Shown piece after piece: positions 37,323 through 47,243 of a stretch of DNA of 59,508 bases. The stretch's first letter is position 1. Every line of letters begins with the position of its first letter. Location of the stretch: positions 1-59,508 of the forward strand of contig CALKEP010000013.1 of NCBI GenBank assembly GCA_938084645.1, read 5' to 3'. The stretch is from an uncultured Phycisphaerales bacterium (GTDB taxonomy: Bacteria; Planctomycetota; Phycisphaerae; Phycisphaerales; SM1A02). The position numbers and the translations under genes are program-made. Below the pieces are notes generated by a model. The model saw only the letters and a program-made list of their open reading frames with translations, was not told where the DNA came from and searched no databases.

Positions 37323-38162
37323 TCACGAGGGCGAATCGCGCCGGGAAACACAGACATTCGTGGCAGGATTGGAAAATCGCGCGATTCGTTCACCATCGAG
37401 CATGTCGCTCCGGCGATCCGCCAGCGCCGGGAAGCTGGCCCGGTACTTCAGGAGTGTCGAGCGGTCGAATTCGGCCTGGAGCGTCGTCGGTTCGTCGCCA
37501 CCTTCCGCGAGCACCTCCCCGAGCGGCGAGATGAGCATGGAACGGCCGCCGTAGTGGTGGTCGGGATCGCTGCCCACGCGGTTCACCGCGATCACGAACG
37601 CCTGATTCTCGATCGCCCGGGCGATCAGCAATGCCCGCCAGTGTTCGATCCGGGCGGTGGGCCAGTTCGCGATGATCGACAGGACCTCGGCGCCGCCGGC
37701 GGTGGCGAGCCGGTGCAGCTCGGGAAAGCGGAGGTCGTAGCAGATGGACGGGGCGACGCCGAAGTCTCCGACGCGATCGAGGACGATCTCGTCGCCTGCC
37801 GCATAAAAGCGGGGCTCGTCGGTGAAACCGAAGGGATGCATCTTCTCGTAGATCGGGCCGATTCGTCCGTCCGGGTGGACGATCGCGGTCGCGTTGGCAT
37901 GCCCGGGCGGCCGGTCGACGCTTCGGGCGAATCCGATCTGCACCGACGCACGCCATCGAACCGCGCATTCCGCGGCCCAGCCGAGGGAATCGCCTCGCGT
38001 CGCGGCGTCCGTGTCCATCGTCCAGCCGCAGTCCGACATCTCGGGGAGCACCACGAGCGAGCCCGCCGGCGGTTGCGCCGCCTCGACCATCGCCTCGATG
38101 ACGGCGTGCGATCCGGGTTTGTCGTGCCAGACGGGGGGGTACTGGAGGGCGAGGACGTGCAT
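37323..38162 (-). CDS. Carbon-nitrogen hydrolase (nitrilase family, omega-amidase/YafV-like)
   Basis: E-K-C triad in LPEM, YEKMHPF and ICYDLRFPE; ARAIENQ. Start ATG 38162 (the longer ORF overlaps tRNA-His). Confidence 0.9.
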   Translation of the reverse strand: MHVLALQYPPVWHDKPGSHAVIEAMVEAAQPPAGSLVVLPEMSDCGWTMDTDAATRGDSLGWAAECAVRWRASVQIGFARSVDRPPGHANATAIVHPDGRIGPIYEKMHPFGFTDEPRFYAAGDEIVLDRVGDFGVAPSICYDLRFPELHRLATAGGAEVLSIIANWPTARIEHWRALLIARAIENQAFVIAVNRVGSDPDHHYGGRSMLISPLGEVLAEGGDEPTTLQAEFDRSTLLKYRASFPALADRRSDMLDGERIARFSNPATNVCVSRRDSPS

Positions 38163-38245
38163 CGGCAGGGGGCTCCCGGTCTGGTCGGCGATCCACCCAC
38201 GAACGACGCCACCGAGCTGGGCTTCGGTGGCGTCTCTCGTCGAAG

Positions 38246-38318
38246 GGCGACTGACGGGATTTGAACCCGCGACGTCCTGGATCACAACCAGGTGCTCTAC
38301 CCCTGAGCTACAGCCGCC
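38246..38318 (-). tRNA. tRNA-His(GTG)
   Basis: Anticodon arm cctgg-TTGTGAT-ccagg; encoded G-1 opposite C73; T loop TTCAAAT; promoter TTGAGC-N17-TACGCT upstream. Confidence 0.96.
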
Positions 38319-38518
38319 GTCAGAGTTCCGAAGCGTATCGCGATCAGGGCCCCGGCTCAAGCGACGCCACGGTCCCCCCGCCTCCGAGCCGCGTCGAAGG
38401 GGCTCGATACCCGGATTTTTTCGACCGCTTCGATGCTTTTGGCGGTGTCTGGCCGATGGGGGAGGTGTTAGAATCCGGAATTCGCTTTCGGGGAATACGC
38501 ACGAGGTCCTCTTCAATT

Positions 38519-40102
38519 ATGAGCAGCACCGCATCCGTCGATCGACTCGCCGATCTGGGTGAGTCAAACCTCCACCGCAACCTGTCCACGGCGACGCTCG
38601 TCGAACACGCGATCCGGCGCGGTGAAGGCGTCCTGGCCTCCAACGGCGCACTGATGTGCGACACCGGGGCCCGCACCGGCCGGAGCCCGGGGGACAAGTT
38701 CCTCGAGGACACGCCCGGGATCCACGACTCGATCGACTGGGGCAAGGTCAACCAGCCGATCAGTCCCGAGAACTTCGCGGCGCTCGAGGCGCTCGCCATC
38801 GATCATCTCCGGGGCCGGAACGAGCTCTACCGGTTCGACGGATTCGCGGGTGCCGACCCGAAGTACCGCCTCAAGGTCTCGGTGGTGACCGAAGAGGCGT
38901 GGCACTCGCTCTTCGCGGCGACGCTCTTCATCAACGCATCCGAAGCGGATCAGGTCGCGTTCGATCCGGACTGGGTCATCTACAACGCCTGCAACCTGAA
39001 GATCGACGATCCCGAGAAGTACGGGGTGAAGAACGGTCTCGCGGTCATCCAGAGCCTCGAGCAGCGGAAGGTGATCATTCTCGGCACGCGGTACGCGGGC
39101 GAGATGAAGAAGTCCATCTTCTACGCGATGAACCACGACCTGCCCGACATGGGCGTGTTTCCGATGCATTGTTCGGCCAACGTCGATCACGAGGATCCCG
39201 AGAACGTCGCGGTGTTCTTCGGCCTTTCCGGGACCGGCAAGACGACGCTCTCCGCCGATCCGAACCGGGATCTGGTCGGTGACGACGAGCACGGCTGGAG
39301 TGACGACGGCGTCTTCAACGTCGAGGGCGGCTGCTACGCCAAGTGCATCAACCTCTCGAAGGAGGGGGAGCCGGAGATCTGGAACGCGATCCGGTTCGGC
39401 AGCGTGCTCGAGAACGTGGTGCTCGGGGACGACCGCGTCCCGGACTACGACGATGGATCCAAGACGGAGAACACGCGGGTCACCTATCCGGTGGACTTCA
39501 TCGACAACGCCCGGCGTCCCTCGATGGCGGGGCATCCGCGCAACGTCGTCTTCCTGACCGCGGACGCGTTCGGGGTCCTGCCCCCGGTCTCCAAGCTGAC
39601 GCCGGCGCAGGCGATGTACTACTTCATCAACGGCTACACCTCGAAGCTCGCGGGGACGGAGGCCGGGGTGACCGAGCCCCAGCCCGGCTTCAGTCCCTGC
39701 TTCGGCGGGCCGTTCCTGCCCCGTCCACCGATGGTCTATGCGGAATGGCTGGAGCGTCGGATCGCCGAGCAAGGCGCCGACGTCTGGCTGCTGAACACCG
39801 GGTGGACCGGCGGTCCGTACGGGACCGGGAATCGCTTCAGCCTCGCCTGGACGCGGACCTTCGTCGATCGGATCCTCGACGGCAGCCTCTCCGGTGTCGA
39901 GACGCGCCAGCATCCGATCTTCGGGCTTCACATGCCCGTGTCGGTCGAGGGCGTTCCGGACGAGGTGCTGGATCCCCGAAACACCTGGGCGGACGGCGAT
40001 GCCTACGACCAGATGGCCCGGAAACTCGCGACGAGCTTCCGGGAGAACGACGCGAGATTCACCATCTCCAACGAGGTTCGGGAAGCCGGCCCCCTGGGCT
40101 GA
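38519..40102 (+). CDS. pckA: Phosphoenolpyruvate carboxykinase (ATP)
   Basis: TGRSPGDKF, YAGEMKKS, GLSGTGKTT, GDDEHGW and NVEGGCYAK. Start ATG 38519. Confidence 0.97.
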   Translation: MSSTASVDRLADLGESNLHRNLSTATLVEHAIRRGEGVLASNGALMCDTGARTGRSPGDKFLEDTPGIHDSIDWGKVNQPISPENFAALEALAIDHLRGRNELYRFDGFAGADPKYRLKVSVVTEEAWHSLFAATLFINASEADQVAFDPDWVIYNACNLKIDDPEKYGVKNGLAVIQSLEQRKVIILGTRYAGEMKKSIFYAMNHDLPDMGVFPMHCSANVDHEDPENVAVFFGLSGTGKTTLSADPNRDLVGDDEHGWSDDGVFNVEGGCYAKCINLSKEGEPEIWNAIRFGSVLENVVLGDDRVPDYDDGSKTENTRVTYPVDFIDNARRPSMAGHPRNVVFLTADAFGVLPPVSKLTPAQAMYYFINGYTSKLAGTEAGVTEPQPGFSPCFGGPFLPRPPMVYAEWLERRIAEQGADVWLLNTGWTGGPYGTGNRFSLAWTRTFVDRILDGSLSGVETRQHPIFGLHMPVSVEGVPDEVLDPRNTWADGDAYDQMARKLATSFRENDARFTISNEVREAGPLG

Positions 40103-40128
40103 CGCCATCGATCGACGGCGCGAAATCG

Positions 40129-40168
40129 GCGGGCTGGATCTCCCACGGAGGTCCGGCCCGTTCTCTTT
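40129..40168 (+). terminator. Terminator after pckA
   Basis: gcgggctggatctcc-cac-ggaggtccggcccgt (stem includes GU pairs) followed by tctcttt. Confidence 0.65.
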
Positions 40169-40472
40169 CGATCCCCAGCCGTGTCCCGGGGTCGCCGGAG
40201 GATCGTCCGGGAGCAGGGCGGTGTTCCGGGTCGGTCCGGATGGCATGAAGTCCCGCTCCGGGTCCCGGGCGGCTCGGATCGCACCGCATCGGCGGATTTA
40301 TCGGCAGACCACGTCGTGCTCGAGGCCGGCCGACGGTCGGCCTCGTTCTTTTGCGCAGATTCCTTCGTCGTCGGGCTGAATTCGCGCGATCGAGCGTCCG
40401 ATGACAGGACTGACGCGAGGACCCGCCGGACGCGGGACACCTCGCACGACAGAGCACACGGAACGAAACACC

Positions 40473-41069
40473 ATGAGCAATGAACAGTTCAACCTCCTCG
40501 ACAAGGATGTTCTCACCACCGGCGAAGTGGCGAAGATCTGCAACGTCGCCAGCCGCACCGTGAGCAAGTGGTTCGACTCCGGCCAGCTCAAGGGATACCG
40601 GATTCCCGGATCGAAGGATCGTCGGATTCCGGTCGGAAACCTGCTCACCTTCATGCGGGAACACGAGATTCCGATGGACGGCCTGATGAGCGGTCGTCCC
40701 CGGGTGCTGATCTGCGATCAGGACGAAGGCGTCATCGACACCCTCACCTCGGTGCTCGGCGAGCAGACCAACTTCGACGTCCACACCTGCGACAGCCTCT
40801 TCGCCGCCGGCATGGAGTGCGAGCGGTTCCGTCCGCACGTCATGCTCTACGAACTCGGCGTCTCCGACGACGACGGGCGACAGCTCTGCTCGATGATCCG
40901 CGAGAACGAGGAACTCCAGGTCACCCGCATCATCGCGATGAGCAGTCGGGTCACCGACGGGCAGACCTCGCAGCTGATGCAGTCCGGATTCGACGGCGTC
41001 CTTCGGAAGCCGTTCACCGTCCGCCAGGTCATCGAGGCGGTCGAAACCGCCCACGCCGTGGTCTATTGA
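40473..41069 (+). CDS. HTH_17 (excisionase-like) DNA-binding domain plus atypical receiver domain regulator
   Basis: LTTGEVAKICNVASRTVSKWFDSGQLKGYRIPGSKDRRI, then RVLICDQD...PHVMLYE...IIAMS...LRKPF. Confidence 0.85.
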   Translation: MSNEQFNLLDKDVLTTGEVAKICNVASRTVSKWFDSGQLKGYRIPGSKDRRIPVGNLLTFMREHEIPMDGLMSGRPRVLICDQDEGVIDTLTSVLGEQTNFDVHTCDSLFAAGMECERFRPHVMLYELGVSDDDGRQLCSMIRENEELQVTRIIAMSSRVTDGQTSQLMQSGFDGVLRKPFTVRQVIEAVETAHAVVY

Positions 41070-41209
41070 AACGATGAGGGAACCGCGGAGGCCTCCGGGT
41101 CACCGCCTCGCAAGGACGCGAGTACGCCCCGAGGCCAGCCGATCCGGCTGCACCGGGGCGTGTTCCACTTTTGGGGCGACGGGGTTCGGCGCTGCTACGC
41201 TTTCCCGCC

Positions 41210-42889
41210 ATGCGAATCGCGATCGCCCAGTTCGATGTCGTGGTGGGAGACCTCGCCGGCAACGCCGACGCCGTCCGATCGGCCGCCGTCGCGGCGGCGT
41301 CGCAGTCGGCCGATCTGCTGGTCCTTCCCGAACTCTGCCTGCTCGGGTATCCGCCGCGGGACCTGCTCCTTCGCGAGGAGGTCGTGCCGTCCTGCGAGCG
41401 GGTGCTCGAGTCGCTGGCGGCGGACCTGCCGCTGCCCACCCTGGTCGGCACGCCCCGCCGGATCACCGGCGGTCGCCGTCCGATCGCCAATTCCATCGCG
41501 CTGTGCCGAGGAGGCCGGGTGGAGGCGTGGCACGACAAGATGCTGCTTCCGACCTACGACGTCTTCGACGAGGCTCGCTGGTTCGAGCCCGGTGACCGGC
41601 CGCTGGTGTTCGATCTGGAGACCCCCGGCGGGGTTCGACGCATCGGGGTGCTCGCGTGCGAGGATCTCTGGCGGGCCGAGGACGTGGGTCTCGAGACGCG
41701 ATACGAGGTCGATCCCGTCGCGATGATCGCCGACGCGGGATGCGACCTGGTGGTCAATCCCAGCGCAAGCCCCTTCGTCGTCGGGAAGTCGACCCGACAT
41801 CGATCGATCCTCGTCGACGTGGCAGCACGCGTCGACGCCCCGGTCGTGATGGTGAATCAGTCCGGCGCCTGCGACGACCTCGTCTTCGACGGCGGGTCGA
41901 TGATCGTCTCGCCGTGCGGCGGGGTGCTCGGCCGGCTCGATCGCTTCCAGCCCGGCCAGGAGACCTTCGATCTCGACGCCGGCGTCTCGGATGCGCCCGA
42001 CGAACCGTCCGTGCATGCGGATCGCTTCGAGGCGATCCGCCTCGCGCTCGGCTCCTACTGTCGCCGGACCGGCCATGGTTCCGTGCTCCTGGGACTCTCG
42101 GGCGGCATCGACTCGGCGTTGGTGGCGACGCTCGCAGTGGCGGCCCTCGGGCCCGACGCGGTGCTCGGCGTCCTGCTCCCGAGCCGCTACTCGTCGGAGG
42201 GATCGCGTTCGGATTCCCGTGATCTCGCGGCCAGGCTCGGCATCCGCGCGGAGGAGATGTCGATCGAGCCGCTGCACGCCACGGTGTCCTCCACGCTGGA
42301 ACCCGTGCTCCGCGTCGACGGCGACGGGCTCGAGGGGCTCGCCGACGAGAACGTCCAGGCCCGGTCCCGCGGTCTCCTCCTGATGGCGTTGTCGAACGCC
42401 CGTGGGCGGATGCTCCTCTCCACCAGCAACAAGAGCGAACTCGCGGTGGGGTACTCGACGCTCTACGGCGACATGTGCGGCGGCTACGCCCCGATCGGCG
42501 ACCTCTACAAGACGGAGGTCTTCGAGCTCTCGCGGTGGATCAACGCATCCCACCGAGCCCTCGGCTTCGAGACCCCGCCGATCCCGGTCGCGAGCATCGA
42601 GAAGCCGCCGTCCGCGGAACTTCGTCCGGACCAGCGGGACGACGAGTCCCTGCCCGACTACGAGGTGCTGGACGCCTATCTTCAGGGACGGATCGACGAG
42701 GCGCGGTCCCCCGAATCACTGCGCGAGATGCTCGGGGTCGACGCGGACCTGGTTCGACGCATCGAACGACTGCTCGCGATCAGCGAGTTCAAGCGCTATC
42801 AGGCGACCATCATTCCCAAGCTTTCCCCGCGCACCTTCGGCCGCGGACGGGAGATGCCCGTGGCGGCCCGTTGGAATCCAGGGGATTGA
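41210..42889 (+). CDS. nadE: Glutamine-dependent NAD+ synthetase
   Basis: N-terminal glutaminase (PEL, K.LLP.YDVFDE, CEDLW) plus GLSGGIDS, ENVQAR, NKSE and PSAELRPDQ. Confidence 0.96.
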   Translation: MRIAIAQFDVVVGDLAGNADAVRSAAVAAASQSADLLVLPELCLLGYPPRDLLLREEVVPSCERVLESLAADLPLPTLVGTPRRITGGRRPIANSIALCRGGRVEAWHDKMLLPTYDVFDEARWFEPGDRPLVFDLETPGGVRRIGVLACEDLWRAEDVGLETRYEVDPVAMIADAGCDLVVNPSASPFVVGKSTRHRSILVDVAARVDAPVVMVNQSGACDDLVFDGGSMIVSPCGGVLGRLDRFQPGQETFDLDAGVSDAPDEPSVHADRFEAIRLALGSYCRRTGHGSVLLGLSGGIDSALVATLAVAALGPDAVLGVLLPSRYSSEGSRSDSRDLAARLGIRAEEMSIEPLHATVSSTLEPVLRVDGDGLEGLADENVQARSRGLLLMALSNARGRMLLSTSNKSELAVGYSTLYGDMCGGYAPIGDLYKTEVFELSRWINASHRALGFETPPIPVASIEKPPSAELRPDQRDDESLPDYEVLDAYLQGRIDEARSPESLREMLGVDADLVRRIERLLAISEFKRYQATIIPKLSPRTFGRGREMPVAARWNPGD

Positions 42890-42896
42890 ATTCGGC

Positions 42897-43661
42897 TCAG
42901 CCGGCCCGGGAGCGGACCGGACGCGGTTCGATCGACGTGGGCTCGATGAACCGGCCGCCCGTCGCCCGCCCACGAACCTGGCGGGACTCGACCGCGATGA
43001 ATTCGTCGTCCTCGACGAGGTAGGCGGTCAGCGAACCGCCCGCGACGCAGCCGGTGTCGACGTTCACCGCGACCGGCCGCGCATCGCGCACCGATCGAAT
43101 CGGGGCGTCGACGGGCTTGTGCCCGCACACGATCAGTCCGTCTTCGCCGGCATATTCGGTCCACCAGGGTGATCCGCCGGCTTCGGGCCGGAGGTGGATC
43201 TTGTCGTGGGCGTCGGTGTTCGCGAGCCCGATCCCGGGGCGGATCCCCGCGTGCACGACCGTGGCGTGTCCGGCCGTCTCCTCGACCCTGGAGATCGTGT
43301 CGGCGAGGCGTCGCCATGCGGTTTCGACCATGCCGCCCTCCACCAGTCGGGCGTAGACGCCGCGGTCGGACCTGGAGATCCGATCGAGCGGCGTGCCGGC
43401 GGCGAGTCGTTCGAGAGATCGAAACGTTCGGAGATCCTGGTTTCCGCAGACCGACGTGACGTCGAAGCCCGCCTCGGCGAACGAGTCGATCACGCCGACG
43501 GTTCCGGCGGGATCCGGCCCCTTGGTCAGGAGGTCACCCGTGAGGACGACCCGGGTGACGGCACGAAGTTCCACGAGCACGTCGAGCAGTTCCCGGAGTT
43601 CGTCGGCGCACGCGTGGACGTCGCCGATCACCGCGGTCGTGTTGGTCGAATCTCGCTTCAC
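42897..43661 (-). CDS. Calcineurin-like metallophosphoesterase (ApaH/PrpE-like)
   Basis: GDVH, GDLLTKGP, GNQD, VHAG, GH and VDTGCVAGGSLTA motifs. Confidence 0.85.
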   Translation of the reverse strand: MKRDSTNTTAVIGDVHACADELRELLDVLVELRAVTRVVLTGDLLTKGPDPAGTVGVIDSFAEAGFDVTSVCGNQDLRTFRSLERLAAGTPLDRISRSDRGVYARLVEGGMVETAWRRLADTISRVEETAGHATVVHAGIRPGIGLANTDAHDKIHLRPEAGGSPWWTEYAGEDGLIVCGHKPVDAPIRSVRDARPVAVNVDTGCVAGGSLTAYLVEDDEFIAVESRQVRGRATGGRFIEPTSIEPRPVRSRAG

Positions 43662-43769
43662 AGCCGTTATTTCGGCGTGAAGCCCTCCGATTGTTCGCAG
43701 ATTTCGTGTGAATCATGTCGGAATCGAGCGTGGATCGATGCGGCGCGGCCGCATCCCTACGATGGAAGG

Positions 43770-45605
43770 GTGCCGATTCGCAGACTTCCAACCTCCGTCG
43801 TGAACCAGATCGCCGCCGGCGAGGTGGTCGAGCGCCCCGCCAGCGTGGTCAAGGAACTCATGGAGAACGCGTTCGACGCGGGTGCGACGCGGATCGAGAT
43901 CGAGGTCGCGGGCGGCGGTCGGGACCTGATCCGGGTCGCCGACGATGGTGCGGGCATTCCCGTCGATGAACTTCCGCTCGCGGTCGAATCCCACGCGACC
44001 AGCAAGATCGAATCCGCCGCCGACCTCGAGTCGGTGGCGACCATGGGCTTCCGTGGCGAGGCGCTCGCGTCCATCGCCTCGGTCTCGCGATTCGCGATCG
44101 AGAGCCGGGTCGCCGGGCCCGATGAGGCCTGGCGGATCGAGGTGATCGACGGGGTGGCGATGCCGCCGGTCCCGGTCGCCGGGCCGGTGGGCACTCGGAT
44201 CGAGGTTCGCAATCTCTTTCACGCCGTGCCGGCCCGCCGCCGCTTTCTCAAGAGCGAGACCGCCGAGTCGGCGCGGATCGCGGAGATCGTCCGACTGCTG
44301 GCCCTCGCGCGACCGACCATCGGTCTTCGGCTCGTGTCGAACGGACGCACGCTCGTCGACCTGCCCGCCACGGACGATCCACGCCGTCGGATCATCGGGG
44401 TGCTCGGGTCGGAGATGGATGGCCGGCTGCTCGAGGTTCGCGGCGAGATCGGCTTGCCGGAGGACGGCACGCTGGTGGGCGTGTGGGGCATGGTCGGACT
44501 CCCGGAGACGGCGCGGCCGACCTCCCGACATCAGCGGTTCTTCCTCAACGGACGGGCCATCAACGATCGATCGCTCTCGCACGCGCTCAAGGAAGGGTTC
44601 CGGGGCCTGATCGAACCCGGACGCCATCCGGTCGGGGTCCTGCATCTCGACATGTCACCGGCCCGCGTGGACGTCAACGTGCATCCGGCGAAGACCGAAG
44701 TTCGTTTTCGAGATGCACGACCGTTGCACGGTCTGGTGCGTCGGGCCGTGCGGGAGGCGCTGGAGTCCGCGGATCTGGTGAGAGACATCGCGATTCCGGA
44801 GGCGCCCTCGGCAGACGAGGACCCGACGCCGCCGATCGTCGAGACGCATTCGATGCCGTCTAGCCCCGGCGTCCAATCCGCTCCGGCGTCGGGGCAGGGC
44901 GGACGAAGGGGGGCCGGAGGATCGTCGTCTCCCGGTCTCGACCTCCAGCGGGCCCGTGAAGCGGTGGCGGAGATCCCGTTGAACACCGCGGCCGTCGAGG
45001 TGCTGCCGACGCTGGTCGGTCGCGACGCCGTGCTGCAGGTCCACCAGTCGTTCCTCGTCACCCAGGATGCGGAGGGGCTCGTGATCATCGACCAGCACGC
45101 GCTGCACGAGCGCGTGATGTTCGAGCAGTTGCACGAACGGTTCTCGGAAGGCCCGCTGGAATCACAGCGTCAGCTCGTACCGGTGGTCTTCGATGCGGAG
45201 CCGGCGTCGATCGCCGCCCTCGAGACGCTCGCGCCGCTGCTGGAACGACTTGGAATCGACGCGGTGGCGGCGGGGCCGCGGGGAATCGCGATCCACGCCT
45301 TCCCGTCACTGCTCGTCCATCGTCGGGTCGATCCGGCGCCGTTCCTCGCCGAACTGCTGGAGCGGGCCGCCGACGGTCAGGTCGATCACGAGGATCACGA
45401 GGCCGCGTTGTCCGAGGTGCTCGACGTGATGAGTTGCAAGGCCGCGGTCAAGGCGGGGGATCGGCTCGGTGAACGCGAGATCGCCGAACTGCTGGCGATG
45501 CGCGATCGGATCGATCGGGACGGCAGTTGTCCGCACGGTCGGCCCACGCACCTGCGGATTCCCATCGCGGAGATCGAGCGCCGTTTCGGGCGATCGCCGA
45601 GCTGA
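43770..45605 (+). CDS. mutL: DNA mismatch repair endonuclease MutL
   Basis: NQIAAGEVVERPASVVKEL and GFRGEALAS; endonuclease motifs DQHALHERVMFE, SCK and CPHGRP. GTG start 43770. Confidence 0.97.
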   Translation: MPIRRLPTSVVNQIAAGEVVERPASVVKELMENAFDAGATRIEIEVAGGGRDLIRVADDGAGIPVDELPLAVESHATSKIESAADLESVATMGFRGEALASIASVSRFAIESRVAGPDEAWRIEVIDGVAMPPVPVAGPVGTRIEVRNLFHAVPARRRFLKSETAESARIAEIVRLLALARPTIGLRLVSNGRTLVDLPATDDPRRRIIGVLGSEMDGRLLEVRGEIGLPEDGTLVGVWGMVGLPETARPTSRHQRFFLNGRAINDRSLSHALKEGFRGLIEPGRHPVGVLHLDMSPARVDVNVHPAKTEVRFRDARPLHGLVRRAVREALESADLVRDIAIPEAPSADEDPTPPIVETHSMPSSPGVQSAPASGQGGRRGAGGSSSPGLDLQRAREAVAEIPLNTAAVEVLPTLVGRDAVLQVHQSFLVTQDAEGLVIIDQHALHERVMFEQLHERFSEGPLESQRQLVPVVFDAEPASIAALETLAPLLERLGIDAVAAGPRGIAIHAFPSLLVHRRVDPAPFLAELLERAADGQVDHEDHEAALSEVLDVMSCKAAVKAGDRLGEREIAELLAMRDRIDRDGSCPHGRPTHLRIPIAEIERRFGRSPS

Positions 45606-45675
45606 TCGATCGACGCCGACACCCCTCGCCGAAACCCCTCGTCGACACCCGGATCCACGCGACGCCCGGCGCGGC

Positions 45676-45942
45676 TCAGCCGCCGGACACGGGTGGAAGG
45701 GCGTCGACTCGATCACCATCCCGCAGGATCGCATCCGGTCGGATGATCATGTCGGCCCGGGCGAACGCCACCGTCTTCGCATGAATCGCGAGTCCGGGAT
45801 GACGATCGACCACGGTGGCGAGGGCCGTGGCCGCCGTGGCCCCCGCGGAAAGCCGGAGCGTGATGAGGTCCTCTCCCGCAACTTCACGAAGCAGCGCGTG
45901 GAGGACCAGATCGATCCGGATCTCGTCGGGGGAGGACGTCAC
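45676..45942 (-). CDS. moaD: MoaD/ThiS family sulfur carrier
   Basis: C-terminal LRDGDRVDALPPVSGG; the GTG start overlaps the moeA stop (GTGA). Confidence 0.85.
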   Translation of the reverse strand: MTSSPDEIRIDLVLHALLREVAGEDLITLRLSAGATAATALATVVDRHPGLAIHAKTVAFARADMIIRPDAILRDGDRVDALPPVSGG

Positions 45943-47243
45943 GATCGGTTCACTCCGATTCGACGCGGGGAATCGTCGCGATGCGGAAGAAACTGGACGG
46001 GCGTGCCCGCCGGGACCTCGCCGTCGACCACGGGAAGTCGAGCGAAGCCGGTGGTGTTCACGAGGTGGGGGAGGTCGCCCGACCCCTGCCAGTCCGGAAT
46101 CGCGACGCCGAGGACGCCGTCCGCGTCGATCAGCAGATTCGCGGGTCGGAAGGCGGGTCGCCGGGGGTTCGCCCGCGTGGCGGTGAGCAGCGGCACCGAT
46201 CGCCAGGCGATCGGCGCGTCGACGCCGCGGAACGCATCGAACCAGTGACGGAGGAGCACGTGCAGGCACGCGTAGGCGGAGACGGGATTCCCGGGAAGGC
46301 CGACCGCGAGGGTTCCGCCGTCCGGGGCGAGCCAGGCCGAGAACGGTTTCCCGGGCTGCATGCGGACGCCGCGCACGATCTTCTTCCAGCCTCGTTCCGC
46401 CCAGTGCCCCGGAACGAGATCGAGCGTCCCGGCGCTCACCCCGCCGACGGTGATCACCAGGTCGGCGTCGGCCGCCGCCGCGTCGAGCCCCTCCGCGGTC
46501 GCGGAGGAGGCGTCGGTGACGTGCCGGATCAGGGTGACGCTTCCGCCGAACGTCCATCGATCGGCGATGAGGTCGACGAGCAACGGTCGATTCGAATCAC
46601 GGATCCGCACCGCATCGTCCTCGCCGTCGAGCGGGTCCTCGGCGGGGCGCAGTTCGTCACCGGTGGTCACGATGGCCACGCGGGGCGGCCGTCGAATCGA
46701 CACCATTCCGGTTCCGACCGCGGCGCCGCCCGCGATCGCCGCGGCTCGCGCGACGGCATCGATCCGCGTGCCCCGTGGGACCAGCACGTCGCCGGCCTTC
46801 GCATCGGCGCCCCGTCGATGGATGTTCCGGCCCGCACGCACGTCCGTCGTCGTCACCGCGAGCGGATCGCCCCGGTCCGTCGCCTCGTGTTCGACGACGG
46901 CGTCCAGGGTCTCGGGTACCGCCGCCCCGGTCGCGATCGCGATGCATCCACCGGCCGCGACGTCCTTCGGCACCGGGGCACCCGCCGGAATGGAACCGAT
47001 GACCGGCAGCGGTTCGCCGGTCGCCAGATCCGACGTCCGCACGGCGTAGCCGTCCATCGTCGCACGGTCGAACGGTGGATGATCCCGATCGGCGTGGATC
47101 GGCTCGGCGAGGATGCGACCGAGGAGATCGTCGTCGGTGATCCGCATCGCGACGGTCTGCCGGGACTCGGGGACCGCGGACCGGAGTCGCGCGATCGCCT
47201 CCTCGACCTCGATCGGGGCGACGGCTTCACCGTCGCGGCTCAT
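45939..47243 (-). CDS. moeA: Molybdopterin molybdotransferase MoeA
   Basis: PPFDRATMDGYAVR, TGDEL, DSN, GGVSAG, QPGKP and LPGNPVS. Confidence 0.93.
   Translation of the reverse strand: MSRDGEAVAPIEVEEAIARLRSAVPESRQTVAMRITDDDLLGRILAEPIHADRDHPPFDRATMDGYAVRTSDLATGEPLPVIGSIPAGAPVPKDVAAGGCIAIATGAAVPETLDAVVEHEATDRGDPLAVTTTDVRAGRNIHRRGADAKAGDVLVPRGTRIDAVARAAAIAGGAAVGTGMVSIRRPPRVAIVTTGDELRPAEDPLDGEDDAVRIRDSNRPLLVDLIADRWTFGGSVTLIRHVTDASSATAEGLDAAAADADLVITVGGVSAGTLDLVPGHWAERGWKKIVRGVRMQPGKPFSAWLAPDGGTLAVGLPGNPVSAYACLHVLLRHWFDAFRGVDAPIAWRSVPLLTATRANPRRPAFRPANLLIDADGVLGVAIPDWQGSGDLPHLVNTTGFARLPVVDGEVPAGTPVQFLPHRDDSPRRIGVNRS

Noticed and set aside
38163..38518. N-terminal extensions of the nitrilase and pckA ORFs in the track
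   Set aside because: They overlap tRNA-His and promoter elements; family homology begins at 38162 (minus) and 38519 (plus).
40473..40660. Excisionase-like HTH as evidence of an integrated element
   Set aside because: It is fused to a receiver domain and lies between housekeeping genes (pckA, nadE) with no integrase.
43194..43769. Long N-terminal extension of MutL, and likewise the 293-aa version of MoaD
   Set aside because: These overlap neighbouring real genes; the conserved N-termini start at GTG 43770 and GTG 45942.
45088..45560. MutL endonuclease motifs as a novelty
   Set aside because: DQHA(X)2E(X)4E and CPHGRP are the normal state in MutH-less bacteria.
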